Positions 1 through 14,044 are shown, counted from the stretch's first letter. The stretch: 32,000 nt of DNA from Mycobacterium tuberculosis H37Rv (GCF_000195955.2 NC_000962.3:4020001-4052000), one strand, 5' to 3'. A program made the numbers and translations. Notes: a model not told the origin generated them from the letters alone.

Positions 1-128
1 TGCGGGCCTTGCCATATGCGGCCGACGACCTAGACCTGTCGATCCGCATCCTCGACGAGCTGGCCGCCCAGGACGGCGTCGCGCTGCAGATGCCGACGGT
101 GTGGCGCCGCGAGGATCCCTGGATGTGA
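1..128 (+). CDS. C-terminal fragment of an upstream conserved protein (truncated at window edge)
   Basis: Open frame from position 3 to TGA 126-128, translating ...RALPYAADDLDLSIRILDELAAQDGVALQMPTVWRREDPWM*; sits immediately upstream of arsB2 (Rv3577 position by synteny). Confidence 0.6.
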   Translation, partial: RALPYAADDLDLSIRILDELAAQDGVALQMPTVWRREDPWM

Positions 129-141
129 AGCGCTCTAGCCC

Positions 142-1383
142 TTGACACTTGCTGTTGCGCTGATACTGCTTGCCGTGGTCCTGGGGTTCGCGGTTGCCCG
201 CCCACGCGGCTGGCCGGAGGCAGCGGCGGCGGTTCCGGCAGCGGTCATCCTGTTAGCGATCGGGGCGATCTCGCCCCAGCAGGCGATGGCGCAGGTGTCC
301 GGGCTGGCGCGCGTGGTCGCGTTTCTGGGTGCGGTTCTGGTGCTGGCTAAGCTGTGCGACGACGAAGGCCTGTTCGAGGCAGCCGGCGCGGCCATGGCTC
401 GAGCGAGCGCGGAGTCGCACCGACTGCTACGGCAGGTGTTCGCCGTCTCGGCCGCCATCACCGCGGCGCTCTGCCTGGACGCCACCGTGGTGCTGTTGAC
501 CCCGGTGGTGCTGGCGACGGTCCGCCGGCTGCGGACCCCGGTGCGCCCCTATGCCTACGCCACCGCCCACCTAGCCAACGCCGCTTCGCTGCTGCTTCCG
601 GTGTCGAATCTGACCAACCTGCTCGCCTACCACGGTGCCGGCATCTCGTTCACCAAGTTCACGCTGCTGATGGCATTGCCTTGGCTGTCCGCCGTGGCCG
701 CGGTCTATGTGGTCTTCCGCTGGTTTTTCGCCCGGGATCTACGCGTGGTGCCGGACCGGCAGCAACTCAAGCCGGCGCCGCGCCTGCCAATGTTCGTGCT
801 GGTGGTGGTGGCGCTGACACTCGGGGGCTTCGCCGTCGCCGAGTCGGTGGGACTGGCCCCAACGTGGGCGGCGCTGGCTGGCGCCGCAGTGTTGGCGCTG
901 CGAAGTCTGCGGCGTGGACACACTTCGGTGCTGCGGATCGCGCGCGCCGTCAACGTGTCGTTCCTGGTCTTTGTGTTGGCCCTGGGTGTCGTGGTGCACG
1001 CGGTCATGCTCAACGGCATGGCCGCCAGGATGTCCGCCGTGCTGCCGACCGGGTCCGGGTTGCCCGCGCTGCTCGGCATCGCCGCGCTGGCCGCCGTGCT
1101 GGCCAACGTGGTCAACAACCTGCCCGCGACTCTGGTGTTAGTGCCGCTGGTGGCGGCCGGCGGGCCGGCGGCCGTGCTGGCCGTGCTACTCGGGGTCAAC
1201 ATCGGACCCAACCTGACCTATGCCGGTTCGCTGTCTAACCTGCTGTGGCGGGGCGTGCTGCGCCGGCACAACGTCGACGCCAGCGTCGGCGAGTACACCC
1301 GACTGGGACTGTGCACCGTGCCTGCGGCCCTGGCGATGGCGGTGCTCGCGCTGTGGGCCAGCGCCCAGGTTCTGGGGATCTAG
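142..1383 (+). CDS. arsB2: ArsB/ArsP-type arsenical pump integral membrane protein (ion transporter family)
   Basis: 413-aa ORF, TTG start, many hydrophobic TM segments, NLTNLLAYHG and NVVNNLPATL motifs typical of the ArsB/NhaD ion-transporter superfamily; stop TAG 1381-1383. Confidence 0.85.
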   Translation: MTLAVALILLAVVLGFAVARPRGWPEAAAAVPAAVILLAIGAISPQQAMAQVSGLARVVAFLGAVLVLAKLCDDEGLFEAAGAAMARASAESHRLLRQVFAVSAAITAALCLDATVVLLTPVVLATVRRLRTPVRPYAYATAHLANAASLLLPVSNLTNLLAYHGAGISFTKFTLLMALPWLSAVAAVYVVFRWFFARDLRVVPDRQQLKPAPRLPMFVLVVVALTLGGFAVAESVGLAPTWAALAGAAVLALRSLRRGHTSVLRIARAVNVSFLVFVLALGVVVHAVMLNGMAARMSAVLPTGSGLPALLGIAALAAVLANVVNNLPATLVLVPLVAAGGPAAVLAVLLGVNIGPNLTYAGSLSNLLWRGVLRRHNVDASVGEYTRLGLCTVPAALAMAVLALWASAQVLGI

Positions 1384-1392
1384 CCGCAAGGG

Positions 1393-1454
1393 CGCGAGCA
1401 GACGCAGAATCGCATGATTTGAGCTCAAATCATGCGATTCTGCGTCTGCTCGCG
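1393..1454. terminator. Perfect 62-bp palindrome (31-bp arms, no spacer) between convergent genes; probable bidirectional terminator or structured repeat element
   Basis: CGCGAGCAGACGCAGAATCGCATGATTTGAGCTCAAATCATGCGATTCTGCGTCTGCTCGCG equals its own reverse complement; dyad centre 1423/1424; begins 10 nt after arsB2 stop and overlaps the 3' end of the convergent methyltransferase gene. Confidence 0.8.
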
Positions 1455-2393
1455 AGGCTCGCGTGGCCGCCGGCGCTGGCGGGCGATCTCGGCGAGCACC
1501 ACCCCAGCGGCCACCGAGGCGTTCAGTGATTCGGCCTGAGCGGCCATCGGGATGGACACCACCTCGTCACAGTTCTGCCTTACCAACCGGGACAACCCCT
1601 TGCCTTCCGACCCAACGACCACCACCAACGAGTCAGTGCCATCTACATCGTCGAGCGCGGTGCCGCCACCGGCGTCCAGTCCGATCACCCGCACTCCACG
1701 ATCGGCCCAGCCCTTCAGCGTCCTGGTGAGATTGGTGGCCCGGGCCACCGGAATCCGGGCCGCCGCCCCGGCGCTGGTGCGCCACGCCACCGCGGTCACC
1801 GACGCAGAACGGCGTTGCGGAATCAGCACCCCATGGCCACCGAACGCGGCCACCGACCGCACGATCGCACCGAGGTTGCGCGGGTCGGAAAGGTTGTCCA
1901 AAGCGACCAGCAGCGCAGGCGGTTGGTCGAGGGCGGCGGCCAGCAGGTCATCGGGATGGGCGTAGTTGTACGGTGGCACCTGTAGCGCGATGCCTTGATG
2001 GAGGTGGTTGGCGGTCATCCGATCCAGGTCGGCACGTAGCAGCTCGACGATCGCAATCCCTGAATCAGCCGCCCGCGCAACGCATTCAGTCAGTCGCTCG
2101 TCGGCCTCGGTACCAAGGGCGACGTATAGCGCGGTGGCCGGAACACCCGCGCGCAGGCATTCCAGCACTGGGTTGCGACCCAACACCGTCTCGGTCTCGT
2201 CCGCGCGCTTGACCGGGCGGCGTGGCTGTGCACGTGCCCGCTTGGCGGCGGGATGGTGGGGACGCAGGTGCGCCGGCGGGGTAGGCCCGCGCCCTTCCAG
2301 CCCACGGCGTCGCTGACCGCCCGAGCCGACGCCTGCGCCTTTCTTGGTACCGGATTTGCGGACCGCACCCCGCCGCCGAGAGTTACCGGGCAT
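1425..2393 (-). CDS. rlmB: SpoU/TrmH-family tRNA/rRNA 2'-O-methyltransferase (RlmB-like, 23S rRNA)
   Basis: 322-aa ORF; [38 protein letters not shown] and [24 protein letters not shown] motifs of the SPOUT family; adjacent to cysS as in many actinobacteria. Last 9 codons lie in the palindrome. Confidence 0.88.
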   Translation of the reverse strand: MPGNSRRRGAVRKSGTKKGAGVGSGGQRRRGLEGRGPTPPAHLRPHHPAAKRARAQPRRPVKRADETETVLGRNPVLECLRAGVPATALYVALGTEADERLTECVARAADSGIAIVELLRADLDRMTANHLHQGIALQVPPYNYAHPDDLLAAALDQPPALLVALDNLSDPRNLGAIVRSVAAFGGHGVLIPQRRSASVTAVAWRTSAGAAARIPVARATNLTRTLKGWADRGVRVIGLDAGGGTALDDVDGTDSLVVVVGSEGKGLSRLVRQNCDEVVSIPMAAQAESLNASVAAGVVLAEIARQRRRPREPREQTQNRMI

Positions 2394-3803
2394 CTACTTG
2401 GTGTCACCACCCAGCAGCGACCACTGTGGCCCGTCGGCGGTGTCGGTGACCTCGATGCCGGCTCTCTTCAGCCGACCCCGGATCTCGTCGGCGAGCGCCC
2501 AGTTGCGCTGCTCGCGGGCCTTTTCCCGATTCTGTAGTTCAGCCTGGACCAGCACATCGACGGCGGCCAGCGCTGCCGAGGTTTCGTCTCGGGATTCCCA
2601 GCGCTGGTCGAGCGGGTCACAGCCCAGGATGCCCATCATCGCCCGAATCGCGCTAGCGCTTCGCAAGGCCCCGTCGTGGTCGCCGGCATCGAGTGCCCGG
2701 TTGCCTTCCGCCCGCACGTGGTGAATCTCGGCGAGCGCGATCGGAACGGACAGGTCGTCGTCGAGCGCTTCGGCGAACCGTGGGGTCGGATCGCCGGGGC
2801 AGACGGCGCCCACCCGGGTGCGAACGCGGTGCAGGAAGTCCTCTAGCCCGACATAGGCTTTCACCGCATCCTGCATAGCGGTCTCGGAGAACTCGAGCAT
2901 CGACCGGTAGTGCGCGCTGCCCAGGTAATAACGCAGCTCAGCCGGCCGCACCCGCTGCAACATCGCCGGCATGGACAACACGTTGCCCAGCGACTTGCTC
3001 ATCTTCTCCCCGCCCATCGTCACCCAGCCATTGTGCAGCCAGTAGCGGGCGAACCCATCACCGGCGGCGCGGCTCTGGGCGATTTCGTTCTCATGATGCG
3101 GGAAGACTAAATCCATTCCACCGCAATGGATATCGAATTCCGGCCCGAGATAGCTGCGAGCCATTGCCGAGCATTCCAGATGCCAGCCCGGACGCCCGCG
3201 GCCCCACGGCGTCGGCCACGACGGTTCACCCGGCTTTTCGCCCTTCCACAAAGTGAAGTCGCGCTGGTCCCGCTTGCCGGCAGCCACACCTTCGCCCTGA
3301 TGGACGTCATCGATCTTGTGACCGGATAACTGGCCGTACTCCGGGTAGCTCAGAACGTCGAAGTAAACGTCACCGCCACCGGTATACGCGTGGCCGGCCT
3401 GGATCAGGCGCTCGATCATCTCGATCATCTGGGTGATATGCCCGGTGGCGCGCGGCTCCGCGGACGGCGGCAAGACGTCCAGAGCGTCGTAGGCCGCGGT
3501 GAAGGCACGCTCGTGGGTAGCCGCCCACTCCCACCACGGCCGGCCCGCCGCGGCGGCCTTGGCCAGGATCTTGTCTTCGATGTCGGTCACGTTGCGGATA
3601 AACGCGACGTCGTAGCCACGCGCGAGCAACCATCGGCGCAGGATGTCGAAGGCGACCCCGCTGCGGACATGCCCGATATGCGGTAGGCCCTGCACCGTGG
3701 CACCGCACAGGTAGATCGAGACGTGTCCAGGTCGCAACGGGACGAAATCCCGCACGACACCGGCGGCAGTGTCGTGTAGCCGCAAGCGAGCCCGATCGGT
3801 CAC
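2394..3803 (-). CDS. cysS1: Cysteinyl-tRNA synthetase
   Basis: 469 aa; [17 protein letters not shown] (HIGH), GWHLECSAM (zinc site), EKMSKSLGN (KMSKS). GTG start. Confidence 0.96.
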   Translation of the reverse strand: MTDRARLRLHDTAAGVVRDFVPLRPGHVSIYLCGATVQGLPHIGHVRSGVAFDILRRWLLARGYDVAFIRNVTDIEDKILAKAAAAGRPWWEWAATHERAFTAAYDALDVLPPSAEPRATGHITQMIEMIERLIQAGHAYTGGGDVYFDVLSYPEYGQLSGHKIDDVHQGEGVAAGKRDQRDFTLWKGEKPGEPSWPTPWGRGRPGWHLECSAMARSYLGPEFDIHCGGMDLVFPHHENEIAQSRAAGDGFARYWLHNGWVTMGGEKMSKSLGNVLSMPAMLQRVRPAELRYYLGSAHYRSMLEFSETAMQDAVKAYVGLEDFLHRVRTRVGAVCPGDPTPRFAEALDDDLSVPIALAEIHHVRAEGNRALDAGDHDGALRSASAIRAMMGILGCDPLDQRWESRDETSAALAAVDVLVQAELQNREKAREQRNWALADEIRGRLKRAGIEVTDTADGPQWSLLGGDTK

Positions 3804-3817
3804 GACGTGCCAGCTTA
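3800..3817 (-). promoter_or_regulatory. 18-bp element TAAGCTGGCACGTCGTGA over the cysS1 start (copy 1)
   Basis: Exact 18-mer shared with 22937-22954; contains the cysS1 GTG start. Confidence 0.6.
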
Positions 3818-3867
3818 CCTGCCCAATTGCTGCAACCTGCGGCGCGCGCGTCCGGACCAGGAGTGCG

Positions 3868-5586
<1,719 letters not shown>

Positions 5587-5829
5587 CTAACGGGCGCCGA
5601 ACAACGGTGCAGGTCAGGGGCATAGCGCGGGAAGATTGGGGGTTGACAGACGGGCCTAGAAGTGCATCGCCGAATCTGGGACGCCCCTGAGAACGGGGTG
5701 CCCGGGCTACCGCGCCGGTCCGGTCGACGCCGCGGTCCCCACCGCTACCGTCGGCGGCACCTAACTACTACTGTGCATAGTCGAGCCGCAGGCACCATGC
5801 CGCGCCAAGGCCGAGCAGGAGGCATCCGA

Positions 5830-6378
5830 GTGAACCGCTGCAACATCCGCCTGCGTCTTGCCGGGATGACCACCTGGGTGGCGAGCATCGCCCTGCTGGC
5901 CGCCGCACTGAGCGGTTGCGGGGCCGGTCAGATCTCCCAGACAGCGAACCAGAAGCCGGCCGTCAACGGCAATCGGCTCACCATCAACAACGTGTTGCTG
6001 CGCGACATCCGCATCCAGGCCGTCCAAACCAGCGATTTCATCCAGCCAGGCAAAGCGGTGGATCTGGTGCTGGTAGCCGTCAACCAATCACCCGACGTTT
6101 CGGACCGGCTGGTGGGCATCACCAGTGATATCGGCTCGGTGACGGTGGCCGGCGACGCTCGACTGCCCGCATCCGGGATGCTTTTTGTCGGGACGCCGGA
6201 CGGCCAGATCGTGGCGCCGGGGCCCTTGCCATCCAATCAAGCGGCCAAGGCGACCGTTAACTTGACCAAGCCGATCGCAAACGGCCTCACCTACAACTTC
6301 ACCTTCAAGTTCGAGAAGGCCGGTCAGGGCAGCGTAATGGTGCCGATCTCGGCCGGATTGGCTACGCCGCACGAATAG
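5830..6378 (+). CDS. lpqE: Lipoprotein LpqE
   Basis: GTG start at 5830 gives a 182-aa product with signal peptide and lipobox LLAAALSGC; the longer 238-aa track ORF start is not needed. Confidence 0.88.
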   Translation: MNRCNIRLRLAGMTTWVASIALLAAALSGCGAGQISQTANQKPAVNGNRLTINNVLLRDIRIQAVQTSDFIQPGKAVDLVLVAVNQSPDVSDRLVGITSDIGSVTVAGDARLPASGMLFVGTPDGQIVAPGPLPSNQAAKATVNLTKPIANGLTYNFTFKFEKAGQGSVMVPISAGLATPHE

Positions 6379-6397
6379 GCGCCGCATCGTCGCCAGA

Positions 6398-6412
6398 CGA
6401 GCGACTCGCTCG
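6398..6412 (+). terminator. Short stem-loop downstream of lpqE (weak terminator candidate)
   Basis: CGAGCG-ACT-CGCTCG, 20 nt after the lpqE stop; no U-tract. Confidence 0.25.
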
Positions 6413-6443
6413 GGTTGTCACACCCCCCCGATACGGTCACGGC

Positions 6444-8967
<2,524 letters not shown>

Positions 8968-9762
8968 TTATCCGCCTTGCGCGGGAGACTCCGGCGGAGG
9001 CGCCTGCGCTGGACCCGGAGCGGGTACCGGCCCGGGCGGCGGCGGCGGCTGATTCAGGATGAACGGAACCGGCAGCGAGCGCAGATTGCCCAGTTGTACC
9101 ACGAGATTGTAGGTGCCCGGCCCGATCGCCGGCCGCGGCAATGGGCAGCGCGGCGCCGATCCCATCCCGGTCCAGGTCACCGCGGTCGTTACCTGCTCAC
9201 CGGGGGAAAACGTCTTGACCAGCGTCTCATTCGAGGGCGCGCAGTCCAGGTTGGACCACAACCGCTTGTTGTCCAGCGAGTAAACGTAGGCGGCCAACAC
9301 CGCGGCCCCAACGTCGCGTTTACAGGACACCAGGCCGATGTTGGTGACCACCATGGTGAACTTCGGCTGGTCGCCGACGTAGTACTGCGGCGCGTTGGTC
9401 AAACCTTTGACGGCCAGCGTCGAATCGGGGCAATCGTCCCCTTCCTTGAGCACCGGCGGCGGCTGCACCGCGGCGGTGGGCGTGGGTGTCTCGGGGTTTT
9501 GGCCCTGCGGCGGGGCCGCGGCGGCGTTACCTTCGGTTTGCCCGGCCGGCTGGGGTGCTTGGGGTGCCGGCGAGCCCGGATGGCTCTGGGCGGAGGCCGG
9601 CTTGTCGGCGCTGACCGGTTTGGCACCGGCGCTGCTGTCGACGAAGGCGATGACGATGGCCACCGCGATCCCGACTACGACGACCGCGATGCCCAGGGCC
9701 AGCCCCCTGCGCCGCCAGTAGATCTCGGTAGGTAGCGGGCCACGCGGTTCCAGATCCAGCAC
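8968..9762 (-). CDS. Conserved membrane-anchored protein with Pro-rich linker (Rv3587c-like)
   Basis: One N-terminal TM segment (GLALGIAVVVVGIAVAIVIAFV), Pro/Ala-rich linker, C-terminal Ig-like/beta-rich domain. GTG at 9762 gives 264 aa; the track start at 9786 gives 272 aa, so the start is uncertain. Confidence 0.75.
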   Translation of the reverse strand: MLDLEPRGPLPTEIYWRRRGLALGIAVVVVGIAVAIVIAFVDSSAGAKPVSADKPASAQSHPGSPAPQAPQPAGQTEGNAAAAPPQGQNPETPTPTAAVQPPPVLKEGDDCPDSTLAVKGLTNAPQYYVGDQPKFTMVVTNIGLVSCKRDVGAAVLAAYVYSLDNKRLWSNLDCAPSNETLVKTFSPGEQVTTAVTWTGMGSAPRCPLPRPAIGPGTYNLVVQLGNLRSLPVPFILNQPPPPPGPVPAPGPAQAPPPESPAQGG

Positions 9763-9870
9763 GATTACACCGTAGGGCCAGGTCACGCAAACGCGCTTGA
9801 CCCGCCTCGGCGTGTCGCCGGCTTCGCTGGCCGACGCCGTGTTAACGGTGGCCTGTTATCGGGCGGTAAC

Positions 9871-10494
9871 TCAGACCTCCTCGCCGATGTTGCCGATGTG
9901 GTCGCGCAGTACAGCCCGCCCATCGTCGAGTTGATAGGTGACGCCCACGATCGCCAGGCTGCCCCCTGCGATTCGTTCTGAGATGGCCGATGAACGCGCC
10001 ATGAGGATCGCCACCGTCTCGTGTACATGTCGTTGCTCGAACTCGTCGACACGACTCAGACCGTCACGGCGGCCGAGCAGGACCGACGGCGCAACCCTTT
10101 CCACGACGTCTCGCACGTAGCCGCCTGGCAGGGTGCCGTCGTTGATCGCGGCCAAAGCGGCGTTCACGGCGCCGCAGCTGTCGTGGCCGAGGACGACGAT
10201 GAGCGGCACATTGAGCACGGTCACCGCGTACTCTATGGAGCCCAGCACGGCCGAGTCGATGACATGCCCGGCGGTGCGGACCACGAACATGTCGCCCAGG
10301 CCTTGGTCGAAGATGATCTCAGCGGCCACTCGGCTGTCCGCGCAGCCGAAGATCACCGCCGTGGGCTTCTGCCCGGCGGCCAAGCCGGCTCGGTGGTCGA
10401 CGCTCTGACTGGGATGCTGGGGCCGGCCGGCGACGAATCGCTCGTTACCCTCTTTGAGTGCTTTCCACGCGGCTACCGGATTGGTGTTGGGCAT
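9871..10494 (-). CDS. canB: Beta-carbonic anhydrase
   Basis: 207 aa; VIFGCADSRVAAE, VVLGHDSCGAVNAA zinc-site motifs (Cys-Asp-x-Arg and His-x-x-Cys). Confidence 0.93.
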   Translation of the reverse strand: MPNTNPVAAWKALKEGNERFVAGRPQHPSQSVDHRAGLAAGQKPTAVIFGCADSRVAAEIIFDQGLGDMFVVRTAGHVIDSAVLGSIEYAVTVLNVPLIVVLGHDSCGAVNAALAAINDGTLPGGYVRDVVERVAPSVLLGRRDGLSRVDEFEQRHVHETVAILMARSSAISERIAGGSLAIVGVTYQLDDGRAVLRDHIGNIGEEV

Positions 10495-11407
10495 GCCTCA
10501 CATACTGCCGGAACCGTCGGTGACCGGCCCGCGACACATATCAGATACCAATCTTCTCGCTTGGTATCAGCGATCGCACCGGGATCTGCCCTGGCGAGAG
10601 CCCGGTGTCAGCCCGTGGCAGATCCTGGTCAGCGAGTTCATGCTGCAGCAGACGCCGGCCGCCCGGGTGCTGGCGATCTGGCCGGACTGGGTGCGGCGGT
10701 GGCCCACGCCGTCGGCCACCGCCACGGCCAGCACCGCCGATGTGTTACGCGCCTGGGGCAAGCTGGGCTATCCCAGGCGAGCCAAGCGCTTACACGAGTG
10801 CGCCACCGTCATCGCCCGCGACCACAATGACGTGGTGCCCGACGATATCGAGATCCTGGTCACCCTGCCGGGCGTCGGGAGCTACACCGCGCGCGCGGTG
10901 GCGTGTTTCGCTTACCGCCAGCGGGTGCCGGTGGTGGACACCAATGTGCGGCGCGTGGTGGCCCGCGCCGTTCACGGCCGCGCCGACGCCGGTGCGCCAT
11001 CGGTGCCGCGCGACCACGCCGACGTCTTGGCGCTGTTGCCGCACCGCGAGACGGCGCCTGAATTTTCGGTCGCGCTGATGGAGTTGGGTGCGACGGTGTG
11101 CACCGCCCGCACACCCCGGTGCGGGTTATGCCCGCTGGACTGGTGCGCATGGCGGCATGCCGGTTATCCGCCGTCGGACGGTCCGCCGCGCCGGGGGCAG
11201 GCCTACACCGGAACCGACCGCCAAGTCCGCGGACGGTTACTGGATGTGTTGCGCGCCGCGGAGTTTCCCGTCACCCGGGCCGAGTTGGACGTGGCGTGGC
11301 TGACCGATACCGCACAGCGTGACCGGGCGCTGGAGTCGCTGCTGGCCGATGCGCTGGTGACCCGGACGGTCGATGGCCGGTTCGCGTTGCCCGGCGAAGG
11401 GTTTTAG
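10493..11407 (+). CDS. mutY: A/G-specific adenine DNA glycosylase MutY
   Basis: 304 aa from ATG 10493; [49 protein letters not shown], FeS cysteines [16 protein letters not shown]. The true start may be downstream (e.g. GTG in ccgtcGGTGacc). Confidence 0.9.
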   Translation: MPHILPEPSVTGPRHISDTNLLAWYQRSHRDLPWREPGVSPWQILVSEFMLQQTPAARVLAIWPDWVRRWPTPSATATASTADVLRAWGKLGYPRRAKRLHECATVIARDHNDVVPDDIEILVTLPGVGSYTARAVACFAYRQRVPVVDTNVRRVVARAVHGRADAGAPSVPRDHADVLALLPHRETAPEFSVALMELGATVCTARTPRCGLCPLDWCAWRHAGYPPSDGPPRRGQAYTGTDRQVRGRLLDVLRAAEFPVTRAELDVAWLTDTAQRDRALESLLADALVTRTVDGRFALPGEGF

Positions 11408-12745
11408 CCGGGTAGGCCGTCCGCACCGGCGGCGCCGAAACCGCCGGGATCACCGGGGTTGCCCGCGACGACTGTCCCAGCTCCCGCGGCGCCACCCGCG
11501 CCGCCAGCGCCGCCGGCACCTCCCTGGCCCCCGGTACCGCCCGCACCGTGGACACCTGGCTGGCTGAACATTCCGGCACCTCCGCCGGCACCTCCGGCAC
11601 CGCCCTTGCCGCCGTTGCCGCCGGCGCCGCCGGCACCACCGTTGCCGCCGTCACCGCCGACCAGGCCAGAGCCGCCCTTGCCTCCGGCGCCGCCCGAGGC
11701 ACCCGTGCCGCCGATGCCGCCGGCACCGCCGGCGCCCCCGTTACCGCCGTCGCCGAACAGCAGCCCGCCCTGACCGCCCGCACCCCCGACACCGCCGACA
11801 CCCCCGGTGCCGGCGGTGTTGGCGCCAGCCCCGCCGGGGCCGCCGTCGCCTCCGCTACCAAAAAAGGTCAGCGTGCCGGTGGCGCCGCCGCCAATGCCAC
11901 CATTGCCGCCCGCAGCCCCGGTGCCGCCCCGGCCCCCGGCGCCACCGTTGCCGCCGATCCCGTTGCCACCGTTTAGCGCTAGGCCGTTGCCCCCGTTGCC
12001 CCCGTCGCCGCCCCGGGCGCCGGCGCCACCGTCACCGCCATTGCCCCCGTTTCCCCCGTAGGCCCAGCCAGTACCGGTATTGACACCGATGCCGCCGGGT
12101 GCGCCGTTGCCGCCGGGCGCGCCGGGACCGCCGTCGCCGCCATTGCCTCCGTTGCCCCCCGTCACAGGGCCTTCACTCGTATCGCTGCCGCTGCCGCCTA
12201 AACCGCCAGCGCCGCCAGCCCGCCCTGGTACGGCACCCGGGTTGCCGGGCAGCCCTGCGCCACCGCTACCGGCGCCGTTGTTGGCGCCGGGGCTTCCGTT
12301 TGCCGCCTGGCTGGTCTGGTTCGGCGGCGGGTTCATCCCGTTGGTTCCGGGGGCACCCACCCCGCCGACGCCGCCGTCGCCGCCGGCGCCGATCAGCCCC
12401 GCGTTGCCGCCGGCACCCCCATTGCCGGGCAACCCGCCGATGACCGCGGCCCCGCCCGCCCCGCCCACACCGCCATTGCCGAACGCGCCGGCGGCGCCGC
12501 CGGCTCCTCCGTTGCCACTGACGGTCGTTCCCACCCCGCCGAACCCGCCGGCACCGCCGTTGCCGACCAGCCAGCCCGCCCCACCGGCTCCGCCCACACC
12601 GCCGGCGCCGGCGGCGTTGCTCCCGCCGGCCCCGCCATTGCCGCCGTGCCCGAACAGCCCGGCGGCGCCGCCGCTACCACCGGGCCCGCCCACACCGGCC
12701 ACACCCGACCCGCCGTTGCCGCCATTACCCCACAGCAGCCCGCCG
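11404..12745 (-). repeat. PGRS GGA/GGN-encoding low-complexity repeat region of PE_PGRS58 (boundaries approximate)
   Basis: Continuous imperfect ccg/gcc-type repeats on + strand encoding Gly-Gly-Xaa. Confidence 0.8.
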
Positions 12746-13158
12746 GGCCCGCCCGGCTGCCCGGTTCCCGGCGCCCCGTCGGCACCGTTGCCGATCAACG
12801 GGCGCCCCAGTAGCGTCTGCGCGGGCCCGTTGATCAAGCCGAGCACCTGCTGCTCCACGGCTTGCAGCGGCGACGCGTTGGCGGCCTCGGCGCTGGCATA
12901 GGAGTTCACTCCCGCGTTTAACGCCTGCACGAACTGGGCATGAAACCCCGCCGCCTGGGCGCTGAGCCTCTGGTACTCCTGGGCGTGCGCGCCGAACAGC
13001 GCCGCCATCGCCGCCGACACCTCGTCCGCGGCGGCCGCTAGCACACCCGTGGTCGGGGCGGCCGCGGCGGCGTTGGCGGCATTGAGCGCCGAACCGATAC
13101 CGGCCACCTCTGAAGCCACCGACATCAGCGCTTCCGGCGCCACGATCACAAACGACAT
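11404..13158 (-). CDS. PE_PGRS58: PE-PGRS family protein
   Basis: 584 aa; N-terminal PE domain [40 protein letters not shown]..., then GGxGGx repeats; length matches PE_PGRS58. Confidence 0.92.
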   Translation of the reverse strand: MSFVIVAPEALMSVASEVAGIGSALNAANAAAAAPTTGVLAAAADEVSAAMAALFGAHAQEYQRLSAQAAGFHAQFVQALNAGVNSYASAEAANASPLQAVEQQVLGLINGPAQTLLGRPLIGNGADGAPGTGQPGGPGGLLWGNGGNGGSGVAGVGGPGGSGGAAGLFGHGGNGGAGGSNAAGAGGVGGAGGAGWLVGNGGAGGFGGVGTTVSGNGGAGGAAGAFGNGGVGGAGGAAVIGGLPGNGGAGGNAGLIGAGGDGGVGGVGAPGTNGMNPPPNQTSQAANGSPGANNGAGSGGAGLPGNPGAVPGRAGGAGGLGGSGSDTSEGPVTGGNGGNGGDGGPGAPGGNGAPGGIGVNTGTGWAYGGNGGNGGDGGAGARGGDGGNGGNGLALNGGNGIGGNGGAGGRGGTGAAGGNGGIGGGATGTLTFFGSGGDGGPGGAGANTAGTGGVGGVGGAGGQGGLLFGDGGNGGAGGAGGIGGTGASGGAGGKGGSGLVGGDGGNGGAGGAGGNGGKGGAGGAGGGAGMFSQPGVHGAGGTGGQGGAGGAGGAGGAAGAGTVVAGNPGDPGGFGAAGADGLPG

Positions 13159-13188
13159 CTGACACCCCTTTCCGCGGCGCGGCCTGAC

Positions 13189-13215
13189 GGCCCGATCGTA
13201 GCGCGATCACGGGCC
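13189..13215. promoter_or_regulatory. Inverted repeat overlapping candidate -10 of PE_PGRS58
   Basis: GGCCCGATCG-TAGCG-CGAT(CA)CGGGCC: 10 paired bases with a 2-nt bulge; reverse complement of 13195-13200 is TACGAT, a -10-like hexamer for the minus-strand gene starting at 13158. Confidence 0.4.
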
Positions 13216-13268
13216 GACAAAACCCGTTATGGCCAGGCTTTTCGCCACATTGCCCGCGCCGCGTGGGC

Positions 13269-14042
13269 TCACGGGGTAAGCCCCGCCAGGAACGACTCCA
13301 CCGCCCGCCGGTAAACCTGTGGAGCCTCGTCATGAACCAGATGACCGGCGTCGGGAACACGCAAATACGCTGTCGGATAATCTCTTTCAGCCATCGCGCG
13401 CATCTGGCCCGGGGGAGTTACCCCATCGCCGGCCTCGATGAGCAGCGCCGGCGACCGTACGGCCCGCCACTGCGCCCAGTAGTCACGGGTGCCCCATTCG
13501 GCGGCGATCTCGATCCATCGTGCGGTGCGCCCGTGTAGCCGCCACCCGGTGGCCGTGCGGTCGAATGCGTCCAGGAAGTACCGGCCGGCGACGGGCCCGA
13601 ACTCGGCGAATACCTGTTCGGCAGAGTCGAATTCGACCGGAAGGGCGCGCAGCCACGGCTCCCATGGGCCGGTGGTCCTACCACGGAAGTCCGGCGCCAT
13701 GTCCTCGACCACCAGCGCCGAAACCAGTTCCGGGCGCTCGGCAGCCAGACACCACGAATGCAAGGCTCCCATCGAATGTCCGACCATCCTGGTCGGCGCG
13801 CCCAGCGCCGAAACCGCGTCGCCCAGATCGGCCACGAAGCGTTCGGTGCTGATCGGGTGTGGATCGGCGACGTCACGCCCGCGGTGCCAGGGCGCGTCGT
13901 AGGTGTACACGGCGCCTAACAGCGTCAGCCACGGAAGCTGACGGGCCCAGGTGGAACCCCTACCCATCAAGCCGTGCACCAGGACCAACGGCTCGCCCCG
14001 TCCGCCGCGATGGGTTAACAGATTCGCTGGCATGCGGGGCAC
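13269..14042 (-). CDS. Alpha/beta hydrolase (Rv3591c-like)
   Basis: 257 aa; LVLVHGLMGRGSTW, GHSMGALHS nucleophile elbow, catalytic DAGHLVHDEAP. GTG start at 14042; ATG at 14033 is an alternative. Confidence 0.85.
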   Translation of the reverse strand: MPRMPANLLTHRGGRGEPLVLVHGLMGRGSTWARQLPWLTLLGAVYTYDAPWHRGRDVADPHPISTERFVADLGDAVSALGAPTRMVGHSMGALHSWCLAAERPELVSALVVEDMAPDFRGRTTGPWEPWLRALPVEFDSAEQVFAEFGPVAGRYFLDAFDRTATGWRLHGRTARWIEIAAEWGTRDYWAQWRAVRSPALLIEAGDGVTPPGQMRAMAERDYPTAYLRVPDAGHLVHDEAPQVYRRAVESFLAGLTP

Positions 14043-14044
14043 GG

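Noticed and set aside
142-1383. Possible arsenic-resistance operon around arsB2
   Set aside because: No arsR, arsC or ACR3/arsenate reductase neighbour in the window; the flanking genes are unrelated housekeeping genes.
3804-3867. T-box or attenuator leader upstream of cysS1 (and lysS1)
   Set aside because: The gaps are too short and lack T-box specifier/antiterminator motifs; only the shared 18-mer is supportable.
11459-12745. Possible CRISPR-like or VNTR array in PE_PGRS58
   Set aside because: Short imperfect coding repeats without regular spacer/repeat structure; explained by PGRS protein repeats.
12080-12901. Long plus-strand ORF (273 aa, Pro-rich) opposite PE_PGRS58
   Set aside because: It is the antisense of the Gly-rich PGRS repeat (GGN gives NCC/Pro). 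Such frames stay open by composition, with no independent evidence of coding.
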